Assembly (NCBI GenBank): GCA_018398765.1
Contig: JAHBMJ010000431.1
Span: 1 to 47,454 of the forward strand
Direction of reading: 5' to 3'
Length of the DNA stretch: 47,454 bases
DNA from: Chromera velia
Taxonomy: Eukaryota
Part shown: positions 43,586 to 47,454 of the stretch, one piece after another
Numbering within the stretch: the stretch's first letter is position 1
How the letters are laid out: each line of letters opens with the position of its first letter
Translations under genes and position numbers: made by a program
Notes under the pieces: generated by a model
Seen by the model: the letters and a program-made list of their open reading frames with translations, nothing else
Databases searched by the model: none
Told to the model about the DNA's origin: nothing

Positions 43586-43644
<59 letters not shown>

Positions 43645-43657
43645 GTATGTCTGTCTG

Positions 43658-43694
<37 letters not shown>

Positions 43695-43695
43695 C

Positions 43696-43764
<69 letters not shown>

Positions 43765-43775
43765 GTGTGTGTCTC

Positions 43776-43833
<58 letters not shown>

Positions 43834-45262
43834 TGTGTCTATCTTTCTCTCTCTCTCCCGCCTGGGCTTTCCACTCCTTTCTCCCCCCCTTCCCTCTTTG
43901 TACACATATTCAAATTTGTGTTCACGGAACTGTGCCTGCAAGTTTGCAAGACCGCGGAAGTCGGGATCTTTGGAGAGAGTTTGTGAATGTCGGCTGGGTC
44001 CGGAACGTCCGTATGCGATGGGGCCCTCGTCTGGGGGAACCGTTAACCTGGGTGCATCTGGATTTGCTTTTCCCTCTCGGTCGGTCGGTTGGTCAGCGGG
44101 TTGGCGTGCGTTTGCATTACTTGTGTTCATTTTGAGTCGATCTGTGGAACGGGTAGCACATGCTGGGAATGAATTTGTTTATGTGTTGTCTCAACCTTTG
44201 AGAGTCTTCTTTTTTCCTTTCCTGACTATTTTGACCGACTTCTGTGTACACACCTCCTGCCTTGTCGCTGCCCCCTCAGCTGCCTGCCTCCATGCCCTTC
44301 CATTCGTTCGAAAGAAACGCCTTCCTCCCCCCCCTTCCTTTGCTGGTCCATTCTTTTTTGTGCCAATCTCATCTGGGTGTCTTGTTTCCATTCTCTCCCT
44401 TTTCCTTCCATGGTCTCGTGTCTTCCTTTCATCACCCCCTCTGTTCGCTGCTCGACCTCCTGCCACTGCAGAATGGCCTCAGACCAGTGAAAGGCAGAGA
44501 TTGGTTCATGCCGGCATGCTACAGTTCTTGCAGAGGGACAAGATGCTCCGCCTCTGCAGATTCATCGAAGTCGCGACATTCACTGGCAAAGGGTCGCCAG
44601 TGACCCTCTCCAAGCCGTATAACGTCGCGATGGACGGGGGCCCACCGAGTGTGAGCATCCACAACCTGAACCATCTGTTCTTTCAGAACTTGTACCATCT
44701 CCTGGAAGCCGAGCGGGGAGTGGATGGGCTCGGCTCTCCTTCTCTTTCTCCTCCCTGCTCTTCTTTTGCCGCTTCTTCTTCCTCTCCCACCCACAGCGGT
44801 TGTTGCCGGCCGTACATACTTGTCCCGTTTGTTATTTGGAAACGGTTTGGATACAATGTGGAGGCGGAGGACATGAGAACCTTCGCAGACGGGTTGATCA
44901 AGTCTCTATCTCTCCTCTCGCGCAAGTGGCGAGACCTCGCGGACATTCCTACTAACGCAACAGAAGAATCGAAGAGCGTGGCAGTGGGGAAAGCAACATT
45001 TGTGCGCAGGCTATTCCGTCTTGATGCCATCTTGTGTGAAAGCAAGCTATGGGAGGAAGAGGATTTCCCTGCAGACTCTAGGAAACCCCGACCGACACCC
45101 GATGAAAAGTTCTTTCACGGGGACGTTGTTGCCATCCTCAGGCCGCACCCCGTAAAGGACAGCAAGCCTGCAAAGACGGAAACACCCGGTGTGGTGGGAG
45201 GGAAGAAGGGGGACAGAGACAGCGGAAGGGGGGGGGGAAAGAAAGGAGGCGGGGGAAGGTAG
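42058..45262 (+). CDS. Hypothetical multi-exon protein (possibly degenerate); 5' end not resolved
   Basis: Candidate exons 42058-42150, 42892-43131, 43943-44006 and 44472-45262; the last three join in phase. No recognisable domain. Confidence 0.45.
43410..43858. repeat. (CT)n/(CTGT)n/(GT)n compound microsatellite
   Basis: Directly visible. Confidence 0.92.
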
Positions 45263-45431
45263 GTCTACCTTCAAAAATCTTCGGGTTCGCACTGCTTGAA
45301 AGTGTCGGGGAGATCTCTGGGAAGGTTTCCGCTAGTGGGGGCTATGCGAAGAAGACGACGTCTTCCCTAGCGCGGTCTCCTCGGGCGTCTCCCTCCCCAG
45401 CTTTCTTTTTAACACGGGCCTCCTTTGAGGC

Positions 45432-47454
45432 GGAGACGAGGGGGGAAACGGGGAGGACGAAGACGACCAGGGGCAAAACTCCCTCGAAGAGCGGCTCCAA
45501 AGAGAGCAGCTTGGGGCGGCTTGGGGGCTCGGGAGGCGGTGGCATGCATGATAGTCTTGCTGGCCGCTTTGAATGCATGGTGGCTGGGTGGCTTTGGGTC
45601 AGCTGCTGGCTCTTGCTGGCTCGTTCCGTCCTCGGATGGATTGACAGTCCCCTGTGACCCGTTAGAGAAAGAATTGGGGAGGGAGGGCGATTGGGTTGAG
45701 GAAGGCGATGAGAAACAGCACCTAGGTTCCAAAACAGGCCTGAGTCCAAAAACAGATCACCCAAAAAAGGAAAAACGAAAAGGTGAAAAAGTAAAGGAGC
45801 ACAGAAAGGAGCTCTTTCTTCATCTCCGCTGAGAGAAGAAAAGAAAAAGTCTGCTGTCCTTGTCCTTCTCACACGGAAACCTGCAGTTCCACCAGCGCCC
45901 CTCCGGACGTCCCAACGAAAACGTTAGAACCATCTCTCTCAGCACTCGAGCGCGGCAGACTGACGTGTGACTTCCCCTGCCAGGATTACTGAGAGAGAGA
46001 AAGAGACCCACTCTCTCTCAATTTCCGCTGTCAGTGATTGGACTTCTCTTCCCTCTGGCTGGGAACAGAAACTCTGCAGACACACCAGTCATGCTCCTAC
46101 CCAGCCCCCCACTCTATCTCCTTGCACTCTCTGTCTACCCAGCTCCTCCCTCCCTTGCGTGGCCCTCGATGAGTCAGTCGCTCGCTCACTGGAGGAGAGG
46201 CAAAAGACCGAAGCCTTAGGTGAGAAGAGAAGCTAGGAAGAGAAGGATCGAGAGAGAGAAGGAGAAGGAAAAGGAAAAGGAGGAAAAAGCAGCCATGGCC
46301 ATCCAGAGCATACACAGAGGGCGACAGGCACCTCAGTTAATTGCTCGCTCACTGGAGGAGAGGCAAAAGACCGAAGGCAAGAAGAGAAGGATCAAGAGAG
46401 AGAAGGAGAAGGAAAAGGAAGAAAAAGCAGCCACGGCCATTCAGAGCATACACAGAGGGCGACAGGCACCTTAGTCAGTCGCTCACTCACTGGAGGAGAG
46501 GCAAAAGACCGAAGGCGAGAAGAGAAGGATCGAGAGAGAAAAGGAGAAGGAAAAGGAGGAAAAAGCAGCCACGGCACTTCAGAGCATGCACAGAGGGCGA
46601 CAGGCACCTTAGTCAGTCGCTCGCTCACTGGAGGAGAGGCAAAAGACCGAAGGCGAGAAGAGAAGGATCGAGAGAGAGAAGGAGAAGGAAAAGGAGGAAA
46701 AAGTAGCCACGACCATTCAGAGCGTGCACAGAGGGCGACAGGCACCTCAGTCAGTCGCTCGCTCACTGGAGGTCCTGGAGAGGCAAAAGACCAAAGGCGA
46801 GAAGAGAAGGATCAAGAGAGAGGAGAAAGAAAGGAAAGAAGAAGCAGCCACGGCCATTCAGAGCGTGGACAGGGGGCAACAGAGACAGCAAAAGGGGGGG
46901 GGGGAAGAAAGGAGGTGGTGGAGAGGAGGGGGGAGACAGGGAGGATAAAGACGACCAGGGGCGAAACTTCCTCAAAGAGTGGCTCCAAAGAGAGCAGCTT
47001 GGGGCGGCTTGGGGGCTCGGGAGGCGGTGGCATGCATGATAGTCTTGCTGGCCGCTTTGAATGCATGGTGGCTGGGTGGCTTTGGGTCAGCTGCTGGCTC
47101 TTGCTGGCTCGTTCCGTCCTCGGATGGATTGACAGTCCCCTGTGACCCGTTAGAGAAAGAATTGGGGAGGGAGGGCGATTGGGTTGAGGAAGGCGATGAG
47201 AAACAGCACCTAGGTTCCAAAACAGGCCTGAGTCCAAAAACAGATCACCCAAAAAAGGAAAAACGAAAAGGTGAAAAAGTAAAGGAGCACAGAAAGGAGC
47301 TCTTTCTTCATCTCCGCTGAGAGAAGAAAAGAAAAAGTCTGCTGTCCTTGTCCTTCTCACACGGAAACCTGCAGTTCCACCAGCGCCCCTCCGGACGTCC
47401 CAACGAAAACGTTAGAACCATCTCTCTCAGCACTCGAGCGCGGCAGACTGACGT
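45432..47454. repeat. Direct duplication of ~535 bp (45432-45966 and 46920-47454), period 1,488 bp, cut by the window end
   Basis: Near-identical sequence and near-identical ORFs (45342..45872 vs 46812..47360). Confidence 0.93.
46175..46880 (+). repeat. Five ~138-bp coding-like tandem units, each an E/K-rich helix plus an IQ-like motif (IQSxHRGRQA)
   Basis: Units at about 46175, 46338, 46476, 46614 and 46752; CAG>TAG stops at 46472 and 46610. Confidence 0.8.

Noticed and set aside
43160..44135. Long SL/ER-rich ORFs
   Set aside because: Translations of CT/CTGT microsatellite.
45432..47454. LTR retrotransposon (paired long direct repeats)
   Set aside because: No TG...CA termini, PBS, or gag/pol sequence seen; a tandem duplication is simpler.

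Overview
Intron-rich eukaryotic nuclear DNA (GT/GC-AG introns, CA/TCAG/GACA microsatellites, roughly balanced GC). The style suggests a chromerid alveolate such as Chromera velia; this is inference. Contents in order: (1) the decayed 3' part of a LINE-type retrotransposon; (2) a ~38-exon, ~2,340-aa trehalose-6-phosphate synthase/phosphatase-like gene on the minus strand, with catalytic residues apparently replaced in both domains; (3) a divergently transcribed 13-exon MTHFR; (4) a frameshifted HET-like + LRR gene; (5) a signal-peptide atypical kinase with in-frame stops; (6) a signal-peptide ankyrin-repeat gene; (7) a hypothetical gene followed by a ~1.49-kb duplication around IQ-motif repeats. 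Three AT-rich islands occur, two of them holding MITE-like elements. The most striking signal is a recurring insertion: a short AT-rich, often hairpin spacer (consensus arm ~GCATTTAYTTTCATACAGAATTC) between two copies of a 26-52-bp target. Seven of the eight loci found duplicate an exon-intron junction, and one duplicates almost a whole exon. All gene models were assembled by eye using splice-phase consistency; no database searches were run.
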